Source of the DNA: Octopus sinensis
Taxonomy: Eukaryota
Reading direction: 5' to 3'
DNA: 64,000 nt
NCBI RefSeq assembly: GCF_006345805.1
Contig: NC_042998.1
Coordinates: 24,552,001 to 24,616,000 of the forward strand
The notes below the pieces were generated by a model. That model was not told the DNA's origin. It did no database searches and saw nothing but the letters and a program-made list of their open reading frames with translations. Numbering within the stretch: the stretch's first letter is position 1; each line of letters begins with the position of its first letter. Made by a program: the position numbers and the translations under genes. This document shows, one piece after another, positions 39,930-53,773 of this stretch.

Positions 39930-41880
39930 ATCCAAAATAAGCAACAAGGATATCCAAAGGTAATGCAGTACGATCGTTTCATGCAACTCCATTTAATTAA
40001 ACAAAGCAAGTATTACATCAGTTTTAAAATGTAGAGCAATCTTCAGCTGCATAAAAATATAGAATTTAGTTAAATTGAAAAGATTCATTTTTATACTTAT
40101 TCCATTTACCAACATCACAAAGAGGGTAAGTAGGTAGACAGAGAAACACGTTTCATCAACAGAAACATGGTAGAAATTAATATTTTTTTCATGGAGATAC
40201 TGCTTACTTTGCTATTTAGCTTTACTAATGGAGGAGGGGGTTTAATACTATTCCATCAGGTGTAGTGGAGACAAAAACAAGAATCTTTCTTTTATAGATA
40301 GAAGAAGAGACAGTTTAAGTGGCAGAGCCATAAATCAAGTTCTCTTTGAAGAACTCAGTTTGGTTCAGTTGAATAGATTTCAGCTAAAATTAGTTGGCTA
40401 AAGCTGATGGGGTAGGGAGAATAGAAACTTCTAATACTTAACTATTTAATAGCCATAATCCTAATTGTGATTTGAAATAAATAGGTGTATTTTAGATAGT
40501 TCTTTCAAAAAATTCGAATAATTTTAGTATCTTATACAATATAGGGATGGAGAATATAGAAATGATTTCATATTTTTATATAAATATAAATCAAATTAAT
40601 ATAAATTTATAGTTGATTAGTAAATAGTAATTTATTGGTATTAATGAGTTAAATTAAAGGAATATGCTAAACATTTCATATATTTTCTACATGTTAATGA
40701 CTTTAGAATGTGTTATAGTGATGATATACATTTTTTTAATAAATATTACCTCTAACTAGCCTAAATTATTATGTCCCATATAAACCACACTTCATTCTTA
40801 AATACTAAATTTAAATATTCCTAATTGTAGGAACGTTCATCTTTGTTGCCTCCCTTTCATTATATTTGAAAGTTTTTGATATGTGTGCCAATTAATACCT
40901 TATTTACTAAGAATATTCTCATAAAAAGTTCTTCTAAATCCCCTAAATTAATATTCAAAACTTGATAAAGAATAGATAATATTATCTGGGTTATGTAGTC
41001 TCTATTTCTATAAAATTCTTATTGATAATATAATTTTTAACCAATAGTTTGATCATTTCTTCACCCGATATTAAACACTAATCTTACACGACAACTCCCA
41101 TGATAAGGAAATATTAATTTTAATCTAGTGATTATAAAATTATAATGTAATTATTAGGTATTTTCTTATAGCGGCTTACCTCACCTATTATAAATAAGCT
41201 GGGTATTTTCTATAATAAGTTTTTAGAACACAAATCCTTATCTACCCCTTATCTACAATATTCTACAATAATTTTATTTTTCAATTCACTTATTTAAATT
41301 TCCTTCACTGAAATTTTAAACCATTTTATCTCATTTACCCACTATATCATCTTACTGATAATACATTTTCTATTGGGTTCACACTCAACCTATACAGAAC
41401 CATACTGTTATAATTCACTATCTATTTCATAACACAAGTAAATATATTCTAAAGTCATTAGCATCATCATCATCATCTTCATCATCATCGTTTAACATCC
41501 GTTTTCCATTCTAGCATGGGTTGGATGGTTCAACTGGGGTCTGGGAAGCCAGTAGGCTGCACCAGGCCCAGTCTGATCTGGCAGTGTTTCTACGGCTGGA
41601 TGCCCTTCCAAACGCCAACCACTCCGTGAGTGTAGTGGGTGCTTTTTACGTGCCACCCGCACAGGTGCCAGACAAGGCTGGTAAACGGCCATGATCGGAT
41701 GGTGCTTTTTACGTGCCTGAAATGTTTAGCATATTCCTTTAATTTAACTCATTAATACCAATAAATTACTATTTACTAATTAACTATAATTTTATATTAA
41801 TTTGATTTATATTTAAATAAAAATTTGAAATTATTTCTGTATTCTCCATCCCTATATTGTATAAGATACTAAAATTATCT
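39930..41880 (-). mobile_element. AT-rich hammerhead-bearing element, copy 2
   Basis: Homologous to 3278-4040; starts in (TA)n; 40518-40678 repeated inverted at 41718-41878; SINE C at 41462-41717. Confidence 0.55.
39963..40052 (-). ncRNA. type I hammerhead ribozyme with palindromic stem III
   Basis: Minus: atgcag-CTGAAGA-[59-nt stem II]-GAAA-cgatcg-TA-ctgcat; perfect 6-bp stem I, GUA site. Confidence 0.85.
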
Positions 41881-42002
41881 GTTGTCGTTCTCTCCTTCAT
41901 AACTACCAAACAAGACGTATCGCTGATTTAAATTTTGAAATGCCCTTTTGTTGAGTATCATTTTGCAAAAAAAAGCTTCATTTATAACAGTATTAACATA
42001 GC

Positions 42003-42419
42003 TCTTTTACTCTTTTACTTGTTTCAGTCATTTGAGTGCAGCCATGCTGGAGCACCACCTTTAGTCGAGCAAATCGACCCCGGGATTTATTTTTTGTAAG
42101 CCCAGTACTTATTCTATCAGTCTCTTGTGCCAAACCACTAAGTGGCAGGGACGTAAACACACCAGCATCGGTTGTCAAGCAATGCTAGGGGGACAAACAC
42201 AGATACGCAAACACACACATACGCATATATATATGTTTCCGTCTACCAAATCCACTCACAAGGCATTGGTCGGCCCGGGGCTATAGCAGAAGACACCTGC
42301 CCAAGATGCCACACAGTGGGACTAAACCTGGACATGTGTCTTCTGCCACACAGTGGGACTGAACCTGGAACCATGTGGTTGGTTAGCAAGCTACTTACCA
42401 CACAGCCACTCCTGCACCT
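42003..42419 (-). mobile_element. SINE family B
   Basis: Full copy with small internal duplication. Confidence 0.85.
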
Positions 42420-43359
42420 ATGGATTAATATTTTACCACAAAAGCTAAAAAACATTTTTTGGTTGTCCAATTTCAAACAAAATCATTAAAAACTCACCTT
42501 CTTCCAAACCAAACTCATTTATAAACTTTATTTTATAGACCTACATTATTTATAACATTTGTAATATTTTATATTTCCAGACTTAAAGAGATTTACTTTT
42601 TATATACGTTTTTGACTGCCTTGCTTGCATACAAAGCATGTTTCCTTTTTTTTAATGATTATTGACCTATTTATTTTTTATTTTTTGAACCCCTACCCTA
42701 TTGCCCAAATCAGCCAAGCTGCCAAGGCTTAATCCAATTTTTTATGTTATTTCTGGAAAAAAATTTTTGTGATGTCTACTTATAATAATCAACAAAAAAA
42801 AAATCGATGTAAATTGGATAAATAAATTAATTTATTACCTATTATTTATTATCTCTCTCACTGTTGTTCTCTTTATCTTGCTCACTAACTCTCCTTTCCT
42901 TTCCAACTGGGGTATCCATGTATCTATTGCAAGACACCTATCTCTGTCCCTTTGTACCTTTAATCTCATAACTGTCAAAAGCCATACTACTTACCCCTCT
43001 CAGTTGAGGGTTTTTTCCCCACCCGTTTTGTCTTACAAGACACTTGGTGGCTCTGCTGGTGATGTTGCCACATAAAATGCATTCATACTGATGCCACGTA
43101 AAAAGCACGGTTTCTGAGGCCATGTAAAAAGCATCCAGTACACTGTAAAGTGGTTCATGTTAGGAAGTGCATCCAGCTGTAGAAATCATACTACAATGGA
43201 CAATGGAACCATGTATGGCTCTCAGCCTTGCCAGCTACTGCCAAACTGTCAAAGCCATGCCAACATGAAAAATGGACATTAGATGATGATGATGATGATG
43301 TTGGTGGTGGTGGTAGTGGTGATAGTGATGGTGGTAATGATGATGAAATGCTCCTTCAA

Positions 43360-44020
43360 AAAATATTTTCTCTTGTGTTTACACTTTGATACTGACTCTT
43401 GTCTTTTGTTGACTTTCTCAAAAGGACTACATAAAAATGAAGTCAGATAATAATGTGAAATTTCTTTTGTTTCCATTTTAAAGAGTGAGTATGTTAACTG
43501 TCTGTTCTTAAGAAGGTTTTTCTGTGATCTTATATAATAATTCTTAAAGATATCTTTTAACAATACTCTGTTTTTGCCCATTACTGATTTTGTGGTGCAC
43601 TCTTCAATGAAAGAAGAGTACATTGTGCTGCTGGAGAATTGATTTCTTCCTATTTGTGGAATTAATCTTTAATAGCCTCGAGCCATCTCCAGAAAGTATG
43701 TTTCCTATACAACTGTAACTAAATCTTATGGTGTTTTTATTAAACAGCATGTGTTGTGTGAAGTTATTGAAAATAATCTTTTCGATCAACACCAGAAAAT
43801 TTCTGTTAGACGTTACATTTCAGCAAAAGGTTTGGGGTAAGAAGATAATTTTTCTTTTCTCTTTTATTCTATAGATTTCAACTTAAATCAAATTTTTCTT
43901 AGAACAACTTCATAATAATATAATGAAGAGTAAATATATTTTTTTAAAAAGATATTGGATTTTTTTCTACTAATATTACTAGATTTTTTTATAGCTGTAG
44001 ATAGATAACAAGAATTTTTT
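43360..44020 (-). pseudogene. Penelope-like retroelement, RT linker and GIY-YIG endonuclease remnant
   Basis: RKRKIIF..NFLVLIEK..LFNKNTIRFSYSCIGNI..EECTTKSV..NYYI..: degenerate match to PLE motifs IFN.NT.K.SYSC and YIG. Confidence 0.8.
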
Positions 44021-44030
44021 GAATAAATAT

Positions 44031-44395
44031 AGGCACAGGAGCGGCTGTGTGGTAAGTAGCTTGCTTACAAACTGCATGGTTCCGGGTTCGGTCCCACTGT
44101 GTGTTACCTTGGGCAAGTGTCTTCTACTATAGCCTCAGGTTGACCAAAACCTTGTGAATGGATTTGGTAGATGGAAACTGAAAGTCCATCGTATATATAT
44201 GTATGTATATGTTTGTGTTTGTCCCCCCAACATTGCTTGACAACCGATGCTAGTGTGTTTACAACGGCAAGAGAGACCGATAGAATAAGTACTAGGCTTA
44301 CAAAGAATAAGTCCTGGGGTCGATTTGTTTGACTAAAGGTGGTGCTCCAGCATGGCTGCAGTCAAATGACTGAAACAAATAAAAGAATATAAGAA
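44031..44395 (+). mobile_element. SINE family B
   Basis: Head and tail match family B. Confidence 0.85.
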
Positions 44396-44405
44396 TGTGT
44401 GTGGG

Positions 44406-44445
<40 letters not shown>

Positions 44446-44685
44446 TACATACATATACATACATGCTGTTTAATAAAAACACCATAATATTAGTTACAAT
44501 TGTATGGGAAACATCCTCTTTGGGGATGGCTTAAGGCTGTTAAAGATTAATTCCACAAATAGGAAGAACTCAATTCTCCAGCAGCAGAATGTGCTGTTCT
44601 TTCATTGAAAAGTGTACCATAAAATCAGTAATGGACAAAAACAGAGTATTGTTTAAAAATATATTAAATATATATATGTATATAT

Positions 44686-44765
44686 AAATGGCGGTGCCCC
44701 AGCATGGCCACAGCTCGTGAGCTGAAACTAGATAAAATAAAAATAAAAAATAAAATAAAATAATG
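44686..44765 (+). mobile_element. very short LINE 3'-end insertion
   Basis: AAATGGCGGTGCCCCAGCATGGCCACAGCTC..GAGCTGAAACT nearly identical to LINE 3' UTR at 4515-4559; (TAAAA)n tail. Confidence 0.8.
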
Positions 44766-44789
44766 TAAAAGATATCTTTAGATATATTT

Positions 44790-45080
44790 ATCCTCTGGAC
44801 CAACATCACCCTGGCTGAATCGGTTACCCTTCACAACGTCTGTTGCCATAATCTATCACCTACTTCTCTTGGACCCCAACCCCTCCTACCAGCAGAGTGT
44901 GTCCTCCAACATACATGACCTCTTTCCTCTTCTGCCACCCCCACCTACAGCCACACATCTCATTGTCCAAATACTCTCTACCTCCACCATCTATTTCCTT
45001 CCCAAAATACACAAACCCAACAGCCCTGGTGGCCCCATTGTTTCTGCCCCCACAGAACTCGTCTCCAAATATCTTGACCT
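44790..45080 (+). pseudogene. Penelope-like reverse transcriptase fragment
   Basis: IYFLPKIHKPNSPGGPIVS..PTELVSKYLD corresponds to the PLE RT motif LPKIHK...PGRPIVS. Confidence 0.85.
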
Positions 45081-45520
45081 CAATTTTTCGTCTTTGGATT
45101 TGGTTTGCAAGATTTTTTATGTGAGTTCGTGTGTTGAAGCATAATCTGTTGTGTCTGGGGAGAGTCGTTCTCTTTTAGTGCCTTATAATTAAACACACTC
45201 ACTGGTAAAGTTTCACTCATTTATTTATTCATTTTTCTAATATTTTCATTGCATCTTGCAACCTTTACAATAGTTGTTGACTCTGTCTGTTATATATATA
45301 TATATGTATATATATATATAATATAAATTAGAGATAAAACCACTATTATGCAACTCAAAAAATATTATTTAAATAATAATAAAGATAGTGGTTTTATCTC
45401 TAATTTATATTTGATATATTTATATTGTGAAATTTGATTTAATACTAAATTGAATTTTTCCCTGTAAGTTTGGAGTTATACTCCCTAATATTATTATTAT
45501 ACAAATATATATATAAATAT

Positions 45521-45581
<61 letters not shown>

Positions 45582-46333
45582 CATACATACATATACATTA
45601 CCACATTTACTACTAATAATGCTTTCTCAATTTGGCACAGAGCCAGCAATTCTGAGAGGAGAGAAGAAGGTAATTACATTGATTGCAGCAATTAAATTCT
45701 AGTTAATTTATCAATACATAAGTTGAAATGCAAAAATGATTTTGGCAGAACTCGAACTCAAAACATTAGGAGTTGAAAAAAATACCACAAAGTAAGTTTC
45801 CCCAATGCTCTAACATGTCTGCCATTTTAATTATAATTATAATTAAAATAATGCAAACAAGTGCAATCCAGATCATTTTTATTGACAAAGTGACCCTTTT
45901 CAGATATAACAACCGTTTCATTAGATAATCTCATATCAAGAATCTTTCAAAACAAATACAAAAATGAAGTAGGCACATGATTCCGATATGCAGACATCAT
46001 GGAGAGCAAATTAAATTCTACGTATGGCTTTTTCACCATCTTCCCCACAATTAAACTGTATCCACAAAATTCTAAATCTTTCTACTTTACCTTTGCTTTA
46101 ACAAAACCACAAATCAAATACAAAGGAATATAGAAAATAAGATACTATTAAAAAAAATAAACTGTAATATAGACGTAGGAGTGGCTTGTGGTAAGGAGCT
46201 TGCTTGTGAATTAGATGGTTCCGGGTTCAGTCCCACTGCGTGGCACCTTGGGCACATGTCTCCTACTGTAGCCTCGGGCCAACCAAAGCCTTGTGAGTGG
46301 ATTTGGTAGACGGAAACTGAAAGAAGCCCGTTG

Positions 46334-46375
<42 letters not shown>

Positions 46376-47280
46376 TGAATCTAATATGGAGTTTTTATTT
46401 CAAATCACAAGTTAAATTTAAAATGCCAAAATTATTAAAATTTTGTTTGAATATCGTCAAATGAAATACAATATTAGTCAAAATTATTTAAAGTATGCAA
46501 TATACTAAATGTCCATTACATATCAAATGTGCCTTGATTTTGTTTAAATTGTCTTACATTTGTTGTTTGCTTAAAGTTTTGTAAAGCCTTTTATCTTTGA
46601 TAATATTATATGCAACACTCATTTTGGAATAAATAATCAAGGAATGTTTCCTCTTTCTTCTAATTTCAAAAAGTTTTACCATTTTAGTGCAATGTTTGAG
46701 ATTCTACTTTTTAAAGTTCCCTTTTTTTTCCTGTACATATTGAGTAGATTTGGTAAGAATATTTATTTTTTGTCTAATTTTTTTACTCCATTGCATGTAT
46801 AAATAACAACTTCAAGTTAGGTTTAGAAACATTGTGTTTTCTTATGAATCACATCTGAACCTTCAAAATACCAGCCCAATCCCCAGTATCATCTTAAAAG
46901 CCGAATATAAAATCTGAACCATTTCAGTCTGTAGTTTAGACCAATGTCCCACAAACTTTTTTCACTTGCAGCACACCTGAATTCTTTTCAAAATTCTGAA
47001 GTACACCTGAACTAAAAATATAACTCAAAGTATAAAGATAAATTAAATATTGAGATATTCTATTGATATTCAATAATTTATTTATATTACATTATTATAT
47101 TAAATACTCTGAATATAATATATAACATAACAATATTATATAAATAATTATAAAAACTGTAAAAGGCCAACAAATTGTTTTGACTTATATATATTGATGG
47201 TATTTAATGTAATATTGTAGTATAAATAAATTATTGAATGTCAATAGATTATCTCTTTATTTAATTTATCTTTATTATTG

Positions 47281-49392
47281 AATTATACTAATATTTATAG
47301 GGTATCCAACCGAAGTACCAGTGAACTGGACGTTTAACACACCCCTTTGAAAGATTTCTCTTCCTCAGTTTGTGATTCAAAGTTTAGGGAAAAAAATTAT
47401 ATTCAAAGTTACACTGCGGAACACCTAGCATCGTCTTGTGGCACACCAGCATTCCGCTGCATACCAGTTGTGGAGCACTTGTTTAGATTGTCACCAATCA
47501 TGATAGAGAATATTATATACTTTTGTTAATCTGCTAAAACAGTGCTTCTCACAGTGGGTGGTAATATTGCCTGGGAGGTAGTGGGAAATTAAAACTGGGG
47601 TCAAAGTAGGCTATACAGTAATTTTTCTTTAGATTTTGTCTCTCATTTAACCTTTCAGCTTTTAAACTGGCCATATTTCAAGCATGGTGGTATCTCTTAG
47701 ATACCCTTCTTTATAATTTTAATAATTGTGTGTGTATGTGTCTATATATATATATATATACACATGTACACACAGGTTTAGCCAAAAGTTATCTGACAGT
47801 AAATCAAACCCATTTAATTCCAAAGTTTATTTATGTTAAACAACTGAATGAATTTAATAAAAGCATCTAAATATGAAACATCATAAAAATTGTGACGTAT
47901 ATTTGCCATTTAGATATGGCTAACCCCTAAGGGTGATGCTACTGTAGTTTGTAGCTCCAGAAGGACACCTCCTCTAACTGGCTATAGACACACTTTCTGT
48001 GCCCTATCAGTATTTTCCCTTTGCAAATACTGACAGGGCACAGAAATTGTGTCTATAGCCAGCTGGAGGAGGTGTCCTCCTGGGGCTACAAACTACAGTA
48101 GCATCCACCCTTAGAGGTTAGCCATATTTAAATGGCAAATATACGTCATGATGTGTTGTAGCTACTGTTTATAACTCGCTCTGAGATTTATTATTACCAT
48201 AAAAATTGTTCAAACTGAACTCCTTGAGTGACAAATTTTTTCATTTGAGTCTATACAGAATTACAGATAGTATTTATGGAATTTTGGTTTACTGTCGGAT
48301 GACTTCTGGCCAACCCTGTATAGCATATCCCAGTGTAACTGTTGAAATATCATCATTATTATATTTTGGCTTAGGTTTTGAATGTAATAGAACATGCTCA
48401 AAATACGGGCATCTATCTTGTGAAAAATTCTCGTATGTTGGACCAAAACCAAACTTGAAATCTTCTAGATCCAACACCATATTCTTTAGTGAGTCACTGC
48501 ACAGACATACCATGATGGAAGTCCTGTAGTAACTCCACTTTCTATGTAATTGATAATGATAAATGTTTCCTTATCTTTTCCTCACTGTTATCCATTGGGG
48601 TATCTGCAGTTCTTTTTTGACATTTTCAGGGTAAATTATATACAAAATCACAAGAAACAACTCGAAGACAGCAAACAGCAAATGGACATCTTCTGTCTGC
48701 AACTGTTGAGTCACACCTGATGCTTGGCTGTAAGTGGTGACTGACCTGCCAGACATTGCCCTGCCATTCCTGAGTGAGATGGGTCATAGTGGTCAGCTGT
48801 TTGCACAGTAAATGACTTCTGTTATGAAATGCTCTGCCCTCCACAAAAAATATTCAGTTTTGGGGGCCTTTCGGATTTTAGATTTCTGATTAAAGTATTG
48901 TAAGTCCGTATCATCAAATAATCTTATACCGCAAGTGTGGCTCAAATACCTACATTTTAAATAAAAATTCTGGGAGTTAGACAACTTCCAGAATTTTCAT
49001 TCTGAAGAGTTAAATGAGAGACAAAATCTAAAGAAAAAGTACTGTATAGTCTACTTTGTCCCCAGTTCCTATATAAAATTTTAATTTTCCAATACCTCCC
49101 AGGCAATATTACCACCCATTGTGAGAAGCACTGTCTTAGAAGATAAACAAAGGTATATAATATTCTCTATCATGATTGGTGACAATCTAAACAAGTGCTC
49201 CACAACTGGTATGCAGCGGAATGCTGGTGTGCCACAAGACGATGCTAGGTGTTCTGCAGTGTAACCTTGAATATAATTTTTTTCCCCTTTACTTTGAGTC
49301 ACAAAGTGAGGAAATGAAATCTTTCAAAGGGGTGTGTTAAACATCCAATTCACTGGTACTTCAGCTGGATACTATATAAATATTGATATAAT
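47281..49392. repeat. long inverted repeat, arms 47281-47658 and 49002-49392
   Basis: ORFs 47347+ and 49081- give near-identical peptides; arms align by eye. Confidence 0.9.
47771..48320. mobile_element. Tc1/mariner-type MITE with internal ~255-bp palindrome
   Basis: TIRs CAGGTTTAGCCAAAAGTTATCTGACAGTAAA / TTTACTGTCGGATGACTTCTGGCCAACCCTGTA; palindrome 47893-48148. Confidence 0.8.
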
Positions 49393-49626
49393 TTCTTTCG
49401 GTAACTTACTCCCGAACAAATACAGTATATTATTTTTTAATCGGTGGGCTTGATGCTATTGTTGTTCTTGATTAATTGTACCTAGCCCTTCTAAGGCAGA
49501 TACATGACATGGAGGTAAATAATATTATGATTGTGACTACCACAATCACACCTTTACTGTGTTTTTGATATACCAAACTTGAATCTGTTAATGGATCACA
49601 TTATAAATTCTGCTCTGTAGTATTTA

Positions 49627-50041
49627 TGTTTCTTTATTGCCCAAAAGGGGTTATACATAGTGGTGACAAATGAGGAAAGACAAATGAATTAAGTCGATTA
49701 AATCGACCCCAGTGCGTAACTGGTACTTAATTTATCGACCTGAAAGGATGAAAGGCGAAGTCGACCTTGGCGTAATTTGAACTCAGAACGTAGCAACAGA
49801 CGAAATACCTATTTCTTTACTACCCACAAGGGGCTAAGCACAGAGAGGATAAACAAGGACAGACAAATGGATCATGTCGATTACATCGACCTCAGTGCAT
49901 AACTAGTACTTAATTTATCGACCCTGAAAGGATGAAAGGCGAAGTCGACCTCAGCGGAATTTGAACTCAGAATGTAACGGCAGACAAAATATGGCTACGC
50001 ATTTCACCTGGTGTGTTAACGGTTCTGCCAGCTCACCGCCT
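49627..50041 (-). mobile_element. SINE family A dimer
   Basis: TSD TCTGTAGTATTTA; same dimer junction as 44-452. Confidence 0.9.
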
Positions 50042-52294
50042 TCTGTAGTATTTAGTTATATGAAATTCAAAGTAGCACTCAGGGCACGTAAAATTTATTC
50101 TATTATTCACTATTTCCCCCAAATGATAGTAGACTTTGGTGGTGTCTGCATTAGAGATGATTTATGTGGATACAATCAGTGTATAGACATCTAAATTCAT
50201 GTTTCTTTAAGATGTAAAGCCATTTTGATGGTTGACCAACCATACAGAAGATCTTTCATTGGATCACAAATTTTACTGTTACTTCCAGTGGTGGTTCACT
50301 GAATGTAAATTTTAGACAACGGCACCAGTGGTGATAAAGTTGGTTATGATATTAGTAGTGGCAGCATTCGTAGTAGAAATTATTGAGTTAACAACATAAA
50401 TATCTTTTGTCTATAAACTATTTTATTACTCAAATGCTTAAAACCTGAATAATATTTGTGTTATTTATTCCGAATACAGAGTAAAATGGAAGCCAAGCCT
50501 CATACAGCTGAGCGAAATACAATTACCAGTGAACTATAATAACTCAGTTGTTTTCACTCACAATTTGTTTTTGCTGTAGGTATTTGACATTATCAATTCA
50601 GATATTATAATAAATTATACTTGGCAATAAAGTGATTTACTCATTTCTCTGTAGCTTTCGATTTTATTACAAGTATTTACTAGGTTGTAAGATTTTCAGT
50701 CAAACAGTTTCTTTTGAGAGATCAGCACTTACAATAATAGCTAAGTAGAACAAATTGATCATAAAACTTAGCACCAGCAAACTTGAGAGGATAACGCATT
50801 AGAGGAAAATATATACAAGAATATTGATTTTTAAGTGCACTAATATAGTAGATTAACGATAAATAATTGATGAAGTCAGGTAAGTTTCAGTTTATAAATA
50901 TGTTTGTGTTTTGGTCACAAACATATTATGGTGTTCATTATAAAAGCGTCTGATTAAAAGTACATTTGACTTAGCCATTGGTGCCACATAAAATGTAACA
51001 GTTAGAGCAAATAAGAACATACAATGAATGATATTATCATAAAATCTCAATTTGTGATGATGATGATGATGATGATGCTTTACTTTATAAAAGTCTACTG
51101 TCAATATCTTCAGTAGGTGTGAAGTACCTATTGCATGCAAAGAAACCATAAAATATTCGGTACAGAATAATAAGGATTTCCAAGCAAAGTGACAAATATT
51201 TAATCTATATTTTATTTGTCGTTATTTCTGAAATGAGATATTTCCGCTGAATTTACTATAAACTTTTTATTACTACCAGTGTTAATATTTATTACTTTTT
51301 CACTGTGACTAATTCGGGTTTGGATTTATAGTATCAATAATTTAAGAAATTTCAACATGAAACACGTGAAGAAAGATATTTAGCTATCAGTACACATGAA
51401 AGTAATTTCATATTAGTTTCTAGTCATTTGGGAAATGATGGAAACTGAAATTGATACCATTTATGATATTTTATCTCTATCAAATTATTCCTTCATATTA
51501 TTTCAGACCCAAAAGAACTAATAAAAACATGCTATAATTGCAGAGATATCTTCTCTGATATACTTTACACAACAGTTTTTTTTTCTTGTTGATTATTTTT
51601 AGCAATAAATAAAATTTCCTTGACAGATACATTAATAGGGTTGGAATAGATTCACTTGGAATATTACTTAGCCAAGAATGACTGTTGAATAGAAATGAAA
51701 GACAAAATATTAAATGGAAAAAGATAGTTGCTAATAATAATGTGTACTGTATATTGAAATATTGTGTAATATTTTGTGGCTTTGCCTTGATGGCTTTTAT
51801 CAACAGATGATCTTTACAAGATTAAGAAATGTTTATTGTAGCTAAACATAAGATTTGCATTTATGTCCACTTATTGCTTGCTTTTTCTTTGTTGTCGTTT
51901 TTATTTCAACATCCATTTTTTTTATTGCTGTCAGGAACTGGAAAGGTTTGATAATAATACTTTTTATTTACCTTGATCCTGACTAATCTCATTGCAAAGC
52001 CCATATTTCTCAGATTTAATCATATAATGTCTTCTCAAGTCTTTCTTGGTCTCCTTTTTCATGTATATAACCTCCACTATCAACTAATGACCCATTTTCC
52101 CCATCATATATAATCTGTGTGCACTAAACTGCATTAAAGTATTACAACGGTGAACCCTTTTAACATCATTATACCAGAAACTGGCTCAACTAAGCGTTCA
52201 TATTTAAATTAAAATCTCAATCAAGATCTTATTATAACGAGAATGATAACACAAGATTTCACTTGGTGAAATTGCTGTCATGGTCAATGAGAGT

Positions 52295-52692
52295 ACCACC
52301 TGATTGGCACCTGTGCCACTGGCACATAAAGACCATCATTTGAGCATGGTTGATGCCAGTGCTGGCTGACTCATCCCATGCTGGTGGCATGTAAAAACTC
52401 CATTCGAGCATGGTGGTTGCCAGTGCCACCTGACTGGCTCCCATGCTGGTGACATGTAAAAAGTGCCATTTGAGCATGGTCGATGCCAGTGCCAGCTGAC
52501 TGGTCCCATGCAGGTGGCACATAAAAAGCACCATTCAAGCATGGTCACTGCCAGTGCTGCCTGACTGGCTCCCATACTGGTGGCACATAAAAAGTACCAT
52601 TCAAGCGTGGTCGATGCCAGTATGACCTGACTGGCCCTCATGCCAGTGTCATGTAAAAAGCACCCACAACACCCTCGGAGTGGTTGGCGTTA
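52295..52692 (+). repeat. about six ~62-bp tandem repeats of SINE family C
   Basis: Unit CTGACTGGCTCCCATGCTGGTGGCATGTAAAAAGCACCATTCGAGCATGGTCGATGCCAGTG. Confidence 0.85.
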
Positions 52693-52694
52693 AT

Positions 52695-53403
52695 CCCACT
52701 GCATGACACCTTGGGCAAGTGTCTTCTTCTATAACCTCAGGCTGACCAAAGCTTTGTGAGTGGATTTGGTAGATGGAAACTCAACGAAGCCCATCATATA
52801 TATCATCATCATCATCATCGTTTAACGTCCGCTTTCCATGCTAGCATGGGTTGGACGGTTCAACTAGGGTCTGGGAAGCCAGGAGGCTGCGCCAGGCCCA
52901 GTCTGATCCGGCAGTGTTTCTACAGCTGGATGCCCTTCCTAACGCCAACCACTCCGAGAGTGTAGTGGGTGCTTTTTATGTGTCACCAGCACAGGTGCCA
53001 GACGAGCTGGCAAACGGCCATGATCGGATGTGCTTTTTACGTGCCACTGGCACGGAGGCCAGTCGGGGCGGCGCTGGCAACGGCCACGTTCGGACGGTTC
53101 TCTTATGTGCTGCCGGCACTGGTATCACAGCTGCAATTTCCATTGATGTTGAAAGATTTCGATTTCGATGTATATATATATGTGTGTGTGTGTATGTTTG
53201 TGTGTCTGTGTTTGTCCCCAAAACATCGCTTGAAAACTGATGCTGGTGTATTTACATCCCCGTAACCTAGTGGTTCGGCAAAAGAGACTGATAGAATAAG
53301 TACTAGGCTTGCAAAGAATAAGCCCTGGGGTCGATTTGCTCGACTAAAGGCAGTGCTCCAGCATGGCTGCAGTCAAATAACTGAAACAAGTAAAAGAGTA
53401 AAG
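52695..53403 (+). mobile_element. SINE B containing an antisense SINE C (52802-53160)
   Basis: B halves at 52695-52800 and 53170-53403. Confidence 0.8.
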
Positions 53404-53773
53404 TGAGAGTAAGTGACTGATGCTGAAGGTACAATTAATTTGTCTATTAATTTGTCTATTAACTCAAATAGTGTTACAAAGATGAGCCTTGTCCCTGTTA
53501 AATTCTTTAATCTTTCTCTCCTTATATACCTTCTATGGAAACTTACAAGAGTGTAACCATTCACTCCTGACAATTCAAAAATGAATGAAACATTTAGAAA
53601 TGTGCATTGCTTTAATTTCTCCTGAGAACCATGTCTAGTCTCTCAGTCTACAGAAAGTAGCAAAAACAATGCTGTAACAATGTCTTTTGATAGAAAAGTC
53701 TGTGAAAATTGCCTCACTAGGGGCACTTCCATGTCTCATCCACATTTCTTCTTTAAAAGATAAAAATGTTTTA

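Noticed and set aside
48289-48513. Protein-like minus-strand ORF
   Set aside because: No family recognised; runs into a MITE TIR
52295-52692. CRISPR-like array
   Set aside because: Whole units repeat with no unique spacers, no cas genes, eukaryotic SINE context
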